In this document: in pieces, positions 1-13,334 of the stretch
Layout: the number at the start of each line of letters is the position of its first letter
How positions within the stretch are numbered: the first letter of the stretch is position 1
DNA from: Callorhinchus milii
Lineage: Eukaryota
Assembly (NCBI RefSeq): GCF_018977255.1
Contig: NW_024704742.1
Span: 135,534,001 to 135,598,000 of the forward strand
Reading direction: 5' to 3'
DNA: 64,000 nt
Program-made: the position numbers and the translations under genes
Notes under the pieces: model-generated
What the model was told of the DNA's origin: nothing
Seen by the model: the letters and a program-made list of their open reading frames with translations, nothing else
Database searches by the model: none

Positions 1-429
1 GCAAACAATAGCTACAGTATTTTAGGAAGTTCAAACATACTCAGAAAATTAACATCGGTTCATATGTAACGTGTCAGTGTCATTGGTCTGACTGACACAT
101 CACTGAAAACCATTTAGAAACTTCCTCTACAGAATGATTTAATGTGTAACAACATAATAATAACAATCCTTGCGTTTGATGTCACGTTGTCGACACGTCT
201 CAAAGCCTTTCACAGGATATACTGGAAAGTGGAGTGACTGTGTATTTTGTGGGCGAAACATTCATTGCAGCAGCCAGAGACCAGGACAGTGAGGGTACCT
301 GGGAGCCATGCCCTTGAGCAGTGTATAATGTGGGGAGCTTGGCACACAGTAAGGAACTCCCCGTGGGTCAGTATTGTCAGCGTTGGGTGCTCAGTCAGCC
401 ACGTAGGTACATTGTTCCCGAGGCAGAGT

Positions 430-760
430 CTCCCCTGGCTCAGTCGATAGCGTTCTCGCCTCTGAGTCAGAAGGTTGTGGGTTCGTCGGGTCTTTGAGCT
501 CACAGTCTAGGCTGACACTCCAGTGCAGTGTTGGAGGAGGCGTTGAAGTGTGGGAGGTACCATCCTTTCGGAAGAGATGTTATACTGAGATCCCGATGCC
601 TGTTCAGGTGGATGTAAAAAATCGTGTAGCGCTATTCGAAAAGAGAAGGGAGTTTCTCTCTCCCGGTGTCCTGGCCAACAATCCCCCAAATAAAATTGGT
701 CCCTCACTTCATGGCTGTTTGTGAGATGTTCCTGTGCAAAAATTGGCTGTCGTGTTTAGC
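430..760 (+). mobile_element. SINE family B (SacSINE1/Deu-SINE-like)
   Basis: Pol III head ctggctcagtcgatagcg...ggttcg; body ctgttcaggtggatgtaaaa...ggtgtcctggccaacaatccccc resembles the recalled Deu domain. Many copies in the window. Confidence 0.8.
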
Positions 761-1039
761 CATGGTCATGGCACTCTACAGTAAGTCCTGCAGCTCAATG
801 GTTAGAGCACTCAGCTCGCGAGCGAGAGACTTGGGTTCGTTTCTCCACAGGGCGAAATGTAGGGCAAGTTTCCTTACTCCGCACACCTCTGTTTACCCAG
901 CATTAAGTAGGAACCCGGTTGTTAGTCGATGGGTGGATTGCTTTTCCAAAGGGTAATAATTCCTTCAAAACAAAATAATAATAATAAATTGGTCACTTAA
1001 ATCCACGACTGTTTATGGGACAATACTGTGCGCCAACTA

Positions 1040-1505
1040 CATTTGTGCTCCAGTCACTCCGCCTCGCCCCCTCCTTAGCCTCCTTCAAGTCCCACCTCAA
1101 GACCCTCCTCTTCGACCATGCCATCAGCCACCCCCCTTCCCCTCTCTTCCCTTAGCCCCCCAACCCCAGCTCGGGTCTGAAATGCTGTACTCTGTCCAGC
1201 GCCTTGGGATGTCCTCCCGACATGAAAGGCGCTATACAAATGTAGTGTTGTTGTTGTTGTATAGTGCCTTTCACATCAGGAGGACATCCCAAGGCACTGG
1301 ACAGTCAGGGATCCGCGCCTGAGCTGGTGGTTGGAATCAGGAGGGTTGGAGGGCGGGGAGAGTAGGGGCAAGAGGATGACCGAAGGCGCGGTCGAAGAGG
1401 AGGGTTTTGAGATGGGTTTGAAGAAGGAAAGGGAGGGCGTGGGGCCGAGGGATTGTGGGATGCAGTTCCAGAGGGTGGGGACAGTGAAGGCTGAAGGCCC
1501 GACAG
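1040..1505. mobile_element. Two L2 3'-end fragments in tail-to-tail orientation (~1040-1260 +, ~1261-1505 -)
   Basis: SFKSHLKTLLFDHA-like ORF2 end, tail gcgccttgggatgtcctcccgacatgaaaggcgctata plus (TTG)n, then a reverse-complement copy. Similar fragments at ~4925-5140(-), 10200-10450(+), 24895-25100(-), 30790-30975(+), 55540-55735(+), 57550-57870(-), 63020-63430(-). Confidence 0.8.
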
Positions 1506-3006
1506 ATAATAATAATAATACTACCAATAATAATAATCCTTGTGTTTGACATAGCCCCTTATCACTTCATTGAGATATCTCAAAGTGCTTTGCAGAATAC
1601 ACTGTAAAGTGGAATGACTGTGTATTTTGTGGGCAAAAATAGCTGAGCGAGGACGAGGAAAGTTTTTTAAACTTCTTAAAAAGTTTCAGAGCCTCCTGCA
1701 GCTCTCTTGATGCCTCATCTCTCATGTTATTCTGTCTCTGTGTCTACCTCTCTGTGTCTACCTCTCTGTCTCTACCGCTCTGTCTCTATCTCTCTGTGTA
1801 TCTTCCCCCCCTGCGCCTAACTCAAATCCCTCAGTGATAGACAAACACATATCATTGCCACGTCTCGCTCTGTGAAAGAGGTCCTGTGGCTTGCGGGCTC
1901 GCTCAATCATTTACAAAAGGACTCCCTTCTCTCGTGATACGATATAGAGTGTCTCGCCCTTCAGTTCTCAGTGGGTTAACTGAAGGCAGAGGCGATGAAC
2001 TGTAATTGGCCTATTTAGGGTGTTTTGCATGTGAATACCCCTCTTGTGAAGCATTACTAAGTCTGTTGTGAATGACAGGGTGATTAGAATTTAGATTAGA
2101 CGGTGAGAGAGTGGGTGTGGGTGGGGGGGGGTTCAATTCTCGGAAAGTACAGTATCATTGGCTGAAAGTCGATTACTCGCGACGATAAAGTAATAACTTC
2201 GGGATTATTGATCATTGATCTGAGTAAAGTAAACGGGAGTGAGGGGCGGGTTGGTGGTGGGGGGGGAAGGGGGTCGAGGGGGGGGGAACGGTGTAAGTGA
2301 AAGATGTCAAACGGAGAGTTGAAGCAGTGTCCCTTTCCCGAGAGCGACCTTAGTTTTTTTCCTTTTATTTCACCGCCCCCCCCCCCACCTCCAACTCCTC
2401 CCTCCCTTTCCCCCCTGCACCCCACTTCCTCCCTCCTACCCTCCTTCATCAGAAAATCAGAGCGGGGTGGGGTAGGCACAGGGGTGTCACTGCTTTTAGT
2501 AAGTTTCGGCAGGAGTCGTATGAGTTTTAGGTAAGTATTACTGTCACTATTTTGGGGGAGGGTTGGCACCTTTGCCAAGTGTCTTAAGGTCGCTTTGGGG
2601 GGGGAATACTTGGTGCACGCTCTCGCTCTCTCCCCTGCTCTCTCTCTTGTGCTCTCTCTGTCTCATGGGGGGAGGGGGTGGGGGGGAATGGTACCATCTC
2701 AGTATCTCAGGTTATTATGGAGGGGGTGTGGAAGAGAGTTAATGGGAGTCACACTCACGTTGGAAAAACATTGCTAACCAGCTGTGCAGGCACTGCTGTT
2801 CCAAGCAATGAGTTATCAGAGTAAAGTTTAAAACTAAGTGTGCGTGTAATAATAATAATCATCATAATAATCCTTGCATTTGATACAGCGCCTCATCATT
2901 TCTTCGAGGCATCTCAAAGCGCTTCACAGAATATATTGCAAAGTGAATTGACTGAATGTTTTGTGTGCAAAATGTATGTGTATATCTGTGTGTGTGCATG
3001 TGCATA

Positions 3007-3041
<35 letters not shown>

Positions 3042-5594
3042 GTATACGTACATTGCCAGTTTATAAGGGTGTGTTTATGTTTACACTTCATTTTAAAAGA
3101 GAGTGAATTGTTCGTTGGGGCAAACTTCTGCCCCGTCATCAACAGTTTTATGGCTTGCAAAGCAGATGAGCAGAATGGTCTCTGGGAAGACTGTCTTGAG
3201 TCCTGAGACTTGCTTCAGGCAATAATAATAATAATCCTTGCATTGCTCGTAAAAATATAACCATAATAATAATTCTAGCATTTGCTCTAGCGCTTTCCAC
3301 GCCTGCTAGACGTCTCGAAGCGCTTCACAGAATATAATGAAAAGTGAATTAACTGTGTATTTTGTGGGCGAAACATGGCAGCCAGTTGCACACAGCAGTG
3401 TCCCACAAACAGCCATGGAGTGACCAATTTTATTTGGGGGATTGTTAGCCAGGACACCGAGAGAGAGAAACTCCTATCTCTTTTTGAAGAATAAACATGG
3501 GATCTTTAACATCCACCTGATCAGGCAGACCTGACCTCGACTTAATGTCTCTGCAAACCTTATTTGGTTATTTTCCTTACTCCACATGCCTCTGTTTACC
3601 CAGCAGCAAGTAGGAACCCGGTTGTTAGTCAAAATTGGCGATTGCTTTTCCGGGTATAATAATCCCTAACAAAAAAAAACACAATTTTAATTTGGTCACT
3701 TCAATCCACGACTGTTTGTGGGACGCTGCTGTGCACAATTGGCTGCCGCGTTTTGCCCACAAAATATACAGTTGATTTACTTTATAGTATATTCTGTGAA
3801 GCTCTTTGAGACGTCTAGAAGACGTGATAAGACACTGTATCAAATGTAAGGTTTATTATTATTGCATTTATATTTTATGAGTAATTGTGACTCACATCCG
3901 TGCAGACACCTTTGCACCGCTTCACCTACAAAATACACAGACACTGCACTTTAAAAGCAAACCCTGTAAAGCGCTTTGAGACATCTCTCCGGACGTGAAA
4001 CCTGCTGTGTCAGTGCTGTATTCTTCTTATTATGTCTTATTCCGTACTGCATTCCTTAGATATCTAGAGAGAAAAGGTTGACGTGCACTACAATGCAGAG
4101 CGCTGCTTAAGAGCAAATCCTGGGAATCTCTCTCTCTCTCTTTGAGACGTCCTCCCGACTGGATAAGGCGCTGTATAAAATGAAAGGATTGGTGTTCTTA
4201 TAATGCAGATGTGTTTGCTCACACTTGGAATACACATCTGTCTCCCCCCTCGTTCCTGTGTATCTTTTAACTGTTCCTCCTCGGTGCCCATTAATCCTGG
4301 GCCATTTTGCGTCCCTAGTCTTCATTTCTTCACCTCGTCTATCTTCAGTGCAGCCCTTTTGTCATCTCCCATTCTCACGCTTTGTCTCACACGCGCTCTC
4401 TTTCTGTCTCCATCTCACGTTCACTCTCTGTCTGACTCTCTCGCACACATTCTGTCTCTCACAATTTCTCTGTCTCTCACCCACTCTTTCTCCATCTCCC
4501 ACAAGCTCTCTGTCTCTCAAACACACTCTCTCTATCTCTCATTCACTCTGTCTCACACACACACTGTCTGTTTCGCACATAAACTTTCTCGGTCTCACAC
4601 ACTCACTGTCTCTCACACACACACTCTCTGTCTATCTCTGCTGCACACACCCTGCCTATCTCGCACACCCGCTGCCTCTCTCACACACATACCCTCTGCC
4701 TCTGTCTCTCACATGCGCTCTCCTTTCCCTCTCTCTCTTCCTCACAAAATACTCCAAACCTCCCCAGATCCCTCTCTCTCTCTCTATATATATATCTTCC
4801 ATTGTCCTTCTCTCTATGCATTTCTGTTTGGCTTTTTGTTTACATTTGAATGTGTGTGTGTGTGTGTTTGTCCCACTCTCTCTGTACCTTGCTGCTTCTG
4901 TCTTTCTGCTACATCAATTGCATTGCAACAACAACTTGCATTTATATAGCACCCTTCACACGGGGTAGCGCTCCGGAGCGCCTGACAATGGCGGAGTCTG
5001 ACCTCGAGCCGGGGAGGGGGGGAGAGGGAGGGGGGGAGGTGACCATAAGCTCGTTCAAAAAGGAAAGTCTTTAGGTTGGATTTAAAAGTGGGGAGGGAGG
5101 GAGTAAAGTGGAGGGATTGAGGGTGAGAGTTCCAATCGTGACACTCTGATCCCACTATTCCATGAAGAAGAAAAAGAAGTGTTGTATCTAAAAATCCTGG
5201 ATAGCACAGTGTGCTCCTGCTGATTTTATGAAGAGTTTAAGTTCTGTCTGTCCAGCCAGCGAAAACTTGTGATCCCCTCGAAATCCCACGGATTCCAAGT
5301 ATGCATGGTTGAAATTCCTTCAAATGACAAATGGTCGCTGGGAGGATCTTGTATTTCGGTCTGACATGCTCGGAAACGTTCCTAGCTCCATGTATGTAGA
5401 GTCAACACCGAAGACTGAGTGCCACACATGTTTGTCGCCTCATGCAAGGATCTGGTCCTCGTGGCCGGAAAGGGAATGTGTTTTTTTTTTCCAGGGAGTA
5501 AACTTTTTCAGAGTGGTTAGGGTGTGGAATGTCCTGCGGTTGAGACATAATCCATCCGTGTAAATTCTCAAAAGGGAACTAGAATAGATACAAG

Positions 5595-5960
5595 TAGAGT
5601 CCTGTCATGTACTGGTTAGAGCACTCGCCTTGCAAGCGAGAGGACCTGGGTTTGATTCCCGAGCAGGGGAAACCCTAGGCAAGTTTCCTTATTCCACACG
5701 CCTCTGTTTACCGAGCAGTAAGTAGCAACCCATTTGTTAGTCGATTAGCCTATCGCTTCCTGGGGGGTGATAATTCTTTCAAAAAATAATAATTTGGTCA
5801 CTCAATCCACGACGGTTTGTGGGACGCTGCTGTGCACAGTTGGCTGCCATGTTTCGTCCACAAAGTAGAAAGTCAATCCACTTTACAGGACATTCAGTGA
5901 AGCGCTTTGAGACGTCTCGAAGACGTGATAAGGTGCTGCATCGAACGAGAGGATTTTTGT
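5595..5960 (+). mobile_element. SINE family A (tRNA-Ala-like head), full length
   Basis: Head with ctcgc-cttgcaa-gcgag anticodon arm; core gggcaagtttccttactccacacgcctctgtttac; shared 3' body and ...gataaggcgct...ggattattatt tail. Other copies at ~780-1040, 14860-15205, 27530-27935, 31478-31810, 41700-42075, 54085-54540 (all +). Confidence 0.85.
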
Positions 5961-6260
5961 TGTCATGATTATAATTATTTTATTCTGTATAATCATTATT
6001 TTATTCGTCCGCTTGCAAAAGGGAACCAGAACAGGTACCTTAAAAAAAAGAGAGAGAGTAAACTACAGGGGTAGTTTTGTTCAGGCGTTTCTAAGTATGG
6101 TGGGAGCGGGGATGGAATGCAAAGGAGTAAGATTGTCTGAAAGATGGAATTCTGACGAGATAACTTGTAGACACCCAGTCTCTGTATTTCTCAGTAAAAA
6201 AAATCCCATGGAGCGCTTTCGAGACGTTTCAAGGACGTGATAAGGCTGTGTCTGAAAAAT

Positions 6261-6690
6261 GTCAGCCTGGCTCGGTTGATAGCGCCTACTCCTTGTGAGA
6301 GTCAGAGGGTTGTGGGTTCAAGCCTTAACGTTGGATGTCTGAGCTCCTTGGAGGGAGGAGAAGTGGGTGGGAGAGCGCCATATTGTCTGAGGCGCATTCT
6401 TTCGGGTGAGACGTTAAACCAAGGCCCCCCCACCATCTGTACCTGTTCAGGTGGATGCTCAAGATCATCAAGTCAGAGCTGTTGGAAAAGTGAAGGGAGT
6501 TTCTCTCTCGGTGTCCTGGACAACAGTCCTCCAAATAAAATTGGCCGTTCCTTTTTTGTGGCTGTGCATCATTAGCTGCCGCATTCGCCTACAAAATACA
6601 CAGCCACTACACTGTAGTCAGTCATGTGAAGTGCCTTCAGCCTTCCTCCTGACGTGAAATGCGCTGTGTAAAATGTAAGCATTATTATTG
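6261..6690 (+). mobile_element. SINE family B, near full length
   Basis: Head gtcagcctggctcggttgatagc, Deu-like body, L2-type tail. Other copies at ~3270-3550(-), 17510-17925(-), 21030-21390(+), 27040-27420(-), 30973-31330(+), 36243-36700(+), 42775-43160(+), 58780-59158(-). Confidence 0.82.
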
Positions 6691-6796
6691 TTACAAGCGG
6701 ACTCAATGCTCGATCCTTGCCTTCATTATTTTTTCTTGTCTCTCCCCCCCTTTCCATCTCTCTCTCCCTATTTCCCTCACCTTTTTATCCCTTTCC

Positions 6797-6834
<38 letters not shown>

Positions 6835-7143
6835 CTTTCCCCATCTTTCTTTCTCTCTCCTATCTCCATATATTTCCCCCAAATATATATATATACATTT
6901 CTCCTCTCCCCTTCTCTCTCCCACCCCTTCTCCCTCTCCCCACTTCTCTCTCTCCTGCTCCCCCACCTCTCTCCTGTTCCCCCTCCTCTCTCCTGCTCCC
7001 CCATCTCCTCCCCTTCTCTCTGCCCCCCACTTCTCTCTCTCCCCCCATTTCTTGCTCTTCCCCCTCCTTCACCCTCTTGCCCCACCCTTCTCTCTTTCCT
7101 GCTCCCCTATCTCTCTCTCTCTCTATCCCTGTCTCTGTTACAG

Positions 7144-7279
7144 TCAAGTCTCCTTGGACCTGATATGGGGATGGGGAGCCCAGGAACCCTATCACCCGCG
7201 GGCAACAAACCAGGGTCACAGTATTATCCATATTCCAGCAATAATCCCCGGAGACGACCAATACACGATTCCTCGCTTG
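7144..7279 (+). CDS. TCF4: TCF4 internal coding exon (exon 8 equivalent): [45 protein letters not shown]
   Basis: Polypyrimidine tract and ttacag acceptor; G|gtgagt donor at 7280; 136 nt, phase 0/1. Peptide matches recalled human TCF4 [41 protein letters not shown] with a 2-aa insertion. Confidence 0.95.
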
Positions 7280-7574
7280 GTGAGTACCGTTCCACGTTTT
7301 ACTTCTTGCTTTCGCAGACGCTACCATTTGTTCTTCCGGAAGAAAAGATCCTTTTCCTTTTCACCACCAACAAACTAATCCTTACTCTTCCAACAAATTC
7401 CTCCCAATGAAATAAATAATAACGATCATAAATTGGTCACTTCAATCCCCCGCTGCTGTGCGCAATTGGCTGCCGCGTTTCGCCCGCAAAATGTACAGTC
7501 AATTCGCTTTACAGTGTATTCTGTGAAACGCTTTGAGACGTCTCGAAGACGCAATAAGGCACAAAATCAAATCG

Positions 7575-9920
7575 TAGAATTATACAGCACAGAAGGAGGC
7601 CATTCGGCTCATCGCGTCTGTGCCGGCTCTTTGAAAAGAGCTATCGAATTCAATCCCACTCCCCCGCCTCTCCCCATAGCCCTGAAACTTGTCCTCCCCA
7701 AATAATTATCTTCTTCTCTCTTAAAAGTTGTTATCGAATCGTCTTCCACCAGCCTTTCAGGCAGTGCATTCCAGATCCCAACAACTCGCTGCGTGAAAAC
7801 ATTTCTCCTCACCTCCCCTCTGTTTCTTTTAACGACTATCTTAAATCGGTGTCCTCAGGTTACCGACCCACCCACCAGTGGGAATAGTTTCTCCTTGTTC
7901 ACCCTATCGAATCCCCTCATAATTTTGAAGACTTCTATTAAGTCTGCTCTTAACCTTCTCTGTTCCAAGGAGAATAATCCTAGCGTCTCTCGCCTCTCCT
8001 GATAACTGAAGTCCCTCATTCCACATACCATCCTGGTAAATCTCCTTTGCACCCTCTCCAATGCCTTGACATCCTTCCTAAAGTTTGGTGCCCAGAACTG
8101 AACACAGTCTCTATCTGAGGCCTAACCAGTGTTTTATAAAGGTTCATCATAACTTCCTGACTTCTATATTCTCTGCCCCTATTTATAAAGCCTAATATCC
8201 CATATGCTTTTTTAACAGCTTTATCTACCTGTCCGGCCACCTTCAAATATTTACTTATATGAACCGTTCAGGTCTCTCTGTTACTTCATCCCCTTTAAGA
8301 TTTAAGATACCATCAGCTTATATTGTCTCTCTTCATTCTTTCTCCCAAAATGGATCACTTCGCATTTCTCCACATTAAGCTTCATCTGCCACGTGTCTGC
8401 CCATTTTACCAGTCTGTCTATGTCCATTTGCAGTCTGCAGCTATCCTCCTCACTGTTTACTACTTTTCCCAGCTTAGAATCATCTGCAAACTTGGAAATT
8501 GTACTCTCCGTACCCAAGAACAGGTCATTTATATGGATCAAAAACAGCAGTGGTCCCAATACTGACCCCTGGGGGACACCACTGTACACTTCCTTCCAGT
8601 CAGAAATCAACCGTTCACCACAACTCTCTGCTTTCTGTCTCCCAGCCAGTTCTGTATCCATGCTGCCATTGTCCCTTTAATACCATGCGCTTCTATTTTG
8701 CTTACGCATCTCTTATGGCACTTTATCAAACACCTTTTGAAAATCCATATAAACTACATCAACTGCACTACCTTCATCCACGCTCTCTGTTACTTTATCA
8801 AAAAACTCTATCAGGTTTGTTGGACATGATTTGCCTTTAACAAATCTGTGTTGGCTCTCCTTTATTAACCCATATTTTTCTAAGTGAAAATTTGTTTTGT
8901 CCTGGGTTATAGTCTCTAGAAGTTTCCCCACTACTGACGTTAGGCTGACTGGCTCTAGTTCCTGGGTTTATCCTTCTGCCCCTTTTTGTACAAGGGAGTA
9001 ACATTTGCAACCCTCCAGTCCTCTGGCACCAACCCAGTATCCAATGAGGATTGAAAGATTGTGACCAGAGCCTCCGTTATTTCCACCCTTACTTCCTTTA
9101 ATAACCTAGGATGCATCCAACCTGGACCTGGTGACTTATCTACTTTGAGCACTGATGACCTTTTTAGAACCCCTCTCGGTTTATTCTTACCTTATCCAAT
9201 TTCTCTACCCTCTTCTATACTGTGGTATTGGCTGTATCCTCCTCCTTTGTGAAGACAGATGCAAAGTACTCATTCAGTATGTCGGCCATGCCCTCTGCCT
9301 CCAAAGGATTTCCTCTTTGGTCCCTAATTGGACCCACCCTACCTTTGACTAACCTTTTATTCTTTATAAGCTTATAAAATACCTTAGGGTTTCCATTCAT
9401 GTTACCGCTAATCTCTTCTCATACAATCTCTTTGTCCCTCTTATCTCCTTTTTCAGTTCTCCTCCATAATTTCCAAATTCTATTTGATTATCTTCTGTAT
9501 TTTGGACCTGACATTTACCATAAGGCTCCTTGTTCTGTTTTACTTTAATCCCAATTTCCTTATTCATCCAGGGAGGTTTGGATGCATTTCCCCTTTGAGG
9601 GAATGTATTTGTTCTGTTCCTGAACTATCTCCCCCTTGAAGCCTTCCCATTGCTGGTTAGCTGTTTTACCAACCAATTTTTCTTTCCAGTCCACCTTGGC
9701 CAGGTCCCTTTTTAACTAATTGAAATTAGCCTCTTCCAGTTGAGTCTCTTCACCTTTGATTGTTCCTTGTCCCTTTCCATAAGTATTCTAAACCTAATGA
9801 TGTTGTGATCACTGCTGTCCAGATGCTCTCCTACTGAAACCTGGTCCACTTGGCCCAATTCATTCGCCAGAACTAGATCCAGCACTGCTTCCTTCCTTGT
9901 TGGGCTGGAAACATACTAAT
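7575..9920 (-). mobile_element. 5'-truncated, decayed CR1-clade LINE (shark HER1-like), ORF2 reverse-transcriptase region plus 3' UTR
   Basis: Consecutive broken minus-strand ORFs: [97 protein letters not shown]. 3' end reads ccgaatggcctccttctgtgctgtataattcta. Multiple stops and frameshifts. Confidence 0.93.
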
Positions 9921-11005
9921 CTTTACCAACAACAGCAACGCTCTAATTGTTATGGGAATGGATGAAGCTATAGAAGGTTGTGTTGTACCCTTGTCACCTC
10001 CCTACCCCCATTGCCTGTCCATGCAGAGCTGGCTGATTCCAAGTAAGGGTGATGGAGGGTTGGGTTGCTTATGATCAGTGAAGGTGAGGTGATTGGGGGG
10101 GGGAGGGGGAAATGAGCCAGGTTTCTTCCCTTGTTGGGAAGTGCACGTGCTAGGGTGAGGGATAATAATAAAGATAATAATAATCCTTGCATTTGACCGT
10201 GCCTTCAGCTCCCCTCTCGACTCTCTTCCCCCTCCTCGCTCCCTCCTTCCCCTCACCTGACCATTTCCCCTCCTTGCTCCCTCCCTTCCCTCACCCTGAC
10301 CATTTCCCCCCTCCTCGCTCCCTCCCTTCCCTCCCCTCACCCTGACCATTTCCCTCCTGCTCGGGTCATGACCCAACTGTGCAGCGCCTTGGGACGTCCT
10401 CCTGACGTGAAAGGCGCTTTATAAATGGAATCTTGTTGTTGTTGTTGTTGTTGATGTAGCGCCATATCACATTGAAATATCTCAAAGTGCTCCACAGAAT
10501 GTACTGTAAAGTGAATCGACTGTATATTTTGTGGACGAAACCCGGCAGCCAATTGTGCACAGCAGCGCCCACAAACAGTCGTGGATTGTGAGTGACCAAA
10601 TTATTATTTATTCATTTATTTTTATTTATTTACTTATTTTGAAGGGTTTGAAGGTAAACGGAGATGGGTGGAGTAAGGAAACTTGCCTAAGGTTTTGTCC
10701 TGCCCGGGAATCAAACCAGGGTCCTATCGCTTGCGAGGCGCTAGCCAATACGCTACAGGACTCAATGGGAGACCCCTCCACAAGTCACACCATTATGAAA
10801 AGCAGCCCTTGACTTTGTTGAGCTTGGCTGCCACGTTTCGCCCACAAGATATACAGTCAATTCACTTTACAGTACGTTCTGTGAAGCGCTTTGAGACGTC
10901 TCGACGACGTGACATCAAATGCGAGGATTATTATTATTATTGTTGTTTTGTTGTTGTCGTTGTTTCCCGCCCCGCACTAACACGCTGATTTGTTGGTGTT
11001 TGCAG

Positions 11006-11055
11006 AGGGGCCGCCGAAAAAGGTCCGGAAGGTTCCGCCCGGCTTGCCGTCTTCA
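11006..11055 (+). CDS. TCF4: TCF4 exon 9 equivalent, NLS-containing: (E)GPPKKVRKVPPGLPSS
   Basis: cactaac branch-like motif at ~10975, ttgcag acceptor, TCA|gtaagt donor; 50 nt, phase 1/0. Contains the conserved E-protein motif KKVRKVPPGLPSS. Too short for the ORF track. Confidence 0.96.
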
Positions 11056-11365
11056 GTAAGTTTGATCGCTCTATCGCTATGCTGTTAACCTAAGCATCGT
11101 TGATCCGCACTGCGGCGTTGCCATGGCAAACCATCATCGATACCCCCGTGTGTGTGTGTGTGTGTGTGTCGGTCTCGGAGCTGGGGGTGATCGCATCTCA
11201 CTTCAACGCTCCTATTGGGCAAAGACTGGTAATTGGAGTTGAGGTACTGATTTGATTGAATGGTGGAACAGGTTCAAGGGTCTGAATGGCCTACTTCTGT
11301 TCCTATCTTCCTAACATGTTCATCAGGGTAGTGCTATATTTGTGCCGGATGTACGGTAAACCTCA

Positions 11366-11460
11366 CAGTAGTCGCTGGGAACACGCAGCAGGTCAGGCAG
11401 CATCTATGGAGAGAGGAAAGTGAGTTAACCTCTCAGGTCGATAATCTTTCGTCAGAACCT
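11366..11460 (-). mobile_element. Second copy of the Penelope-like/hammerhead fragment (core degenerate)
   Basis: Aligns with 47762-47866. CTGACGA retained; GAAA changed to GAGA and stem II mismatched. Confidence 0.65.
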
Positions 11461-13334
11461 TTCATCATATTTTTCCATTTAATACGACTTACGCAAAGTA
11501 TGAGTTGTGTCAAACTTGAGTGGGATATAAACTCGCGAACCAGACTTGGGCAGATGTACGATTTAGACAAATTATACAGATTACCGTATTTCTATTTTCT
11601 TGGCGTCATCCGGGTGACCGACACATGTGGAAATCCACCACCGTACTTAAACAGTCTCCAAATCAGACTGAGAGTTCCACATACATATGCCACCTACACA
11701 TAGATATTTCCCTATGTCTGGAATGGAAGGCGCTCTCTCCTTCGCTCTCTCTCCCTCTCGCTCCCCCTCCTCCCTCCCCCAAGAAGGACACACCCTGCTC
11801 AACTAATCCCAGAGAGTATTAGACGCAGGTTGGCGAGAGCAAAGGCTTGGGGTCCCCAGAGTGTGCGCGTTGGGCGTTTTACGTTTAAAACCGCAGAGCT
11901 CGCCATTGACAACGCTGTCTGTTAAGCTTTCCCGCTTGCTTGTCCAACGAGGACTACCCTACCGGTATGGGGTTTGTGCTTTCGTAAGGTTAACAGGAGC
12001 TGAGTGAGAAGAAACACTGGTCCCAGTGACCGACCGGTTGTGTCTGTCATTAACAGTGTTTTATACGTAAAAAATATTAAGCAAAATACAATACTCGCCA
12101 AAATAAGAGGGAGATCAGCTGACTGTTTGGATCTTGCAGAGCTCTTTCTGGAAGTTGTCTCCACTCCCCGCGACTTTTAACACTTGCCTGTGTTCACCCG
12201 CCACGTTTGGCTGGGGAATAGCTGGTGTTTATCCCCCTATTTGGCTGCCTTGGCTCCCCGCATTCTCCCCAGCCAGCCAAACAGGAATAAAATAATCAAT
12301 CTGAGACTCAACACAAGAAAATAGTAAACAGCAAGCCTTTTCGTTAGCGCTGACAATTTGGTGGAGCGGAGAGGTGAGTGCGAGCATTTGTGTGTTTGTG
12401 CGTGAGTATTAGTTTGTGTGTGCATGTAGGTTTGTGTGTGCATGTGTGTGTGTCTTTGTGTGCGCGTGTGGGGTGGGAGTTGGGAGAGGGAATGGGTTTG
12501 GAATAGAAATTAGGAGGGATGCATCCTGCTAAGTAAATCCAAAATGCAATTTGCTGCCCCGTTTCGCCCACAAAACACACAGGCAATCCACTTTACCATA
12601 TAGTAATAATAGAAGTAATAATAATAATAATCCTTGAATTTGATATAGCGCCTTATCACATTGAAGAGAAGTCTCAAAGCGCTTCATAACATATACTGTA
12701 AAACTTTTTGAGATGTCTCAACGACACGATAAGGCGCTATATCAAATGCAAGGAATATTATCATTAATTAAACGGGGCAGGAGAATTGGAGGGAGGGGTG
12801 TGAGCTTGTGTTGTAGAATTAGGGAAGGAGTGACAACTGTGAAAAAATTTTAAGGCATTACTACGTGTTTGACAATTACTTGCGATGAATGCATTATGAG
12901 TTCACTCTGTTTTTCTTCAGCCATTATTTACAGTTCATTTTGTCTCAGTAGCGATGGGGGGGTTGGGGCGGAGGGAGGTGGGGGAGGGGAGGAAATACAG
13001 AGATGTATGCATTTTGAATAAAAGTTGCATAAGGGTTCCTGGTTTATTTTTAAACATTTAATGCTCTGTTAATAATGAGGACAACTCCAGCTGAGCCCAG
13101 ATCCTCATTGCAGATAGCGGAAAATATTTGCTTGGCTCTGCTCGAAACTGTGAGGATTCAGCCGTGGAGAAACAACTTTGAATCCAATTCTTCTCATTTG
13201 ACGATGGACATGTTTTTTTCGCATTTCGTACAGCGCCTTTCACGTCGGGAGGACGTCTCAAATCGTTTCGCAGTCAGAAAATTTTTTGGAGCGATAGAAT
13301 AGAATTGGAGGAAGAGGAGTTGGGTTGCAGAATT

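Noticed and set aside
2450..2530. KSERG peptide as TCF4 exon 7 (KTERGSYSSYGRE)
   Set aside because: Similarity is limited to 5 residues, and donor phase and length do not fit.
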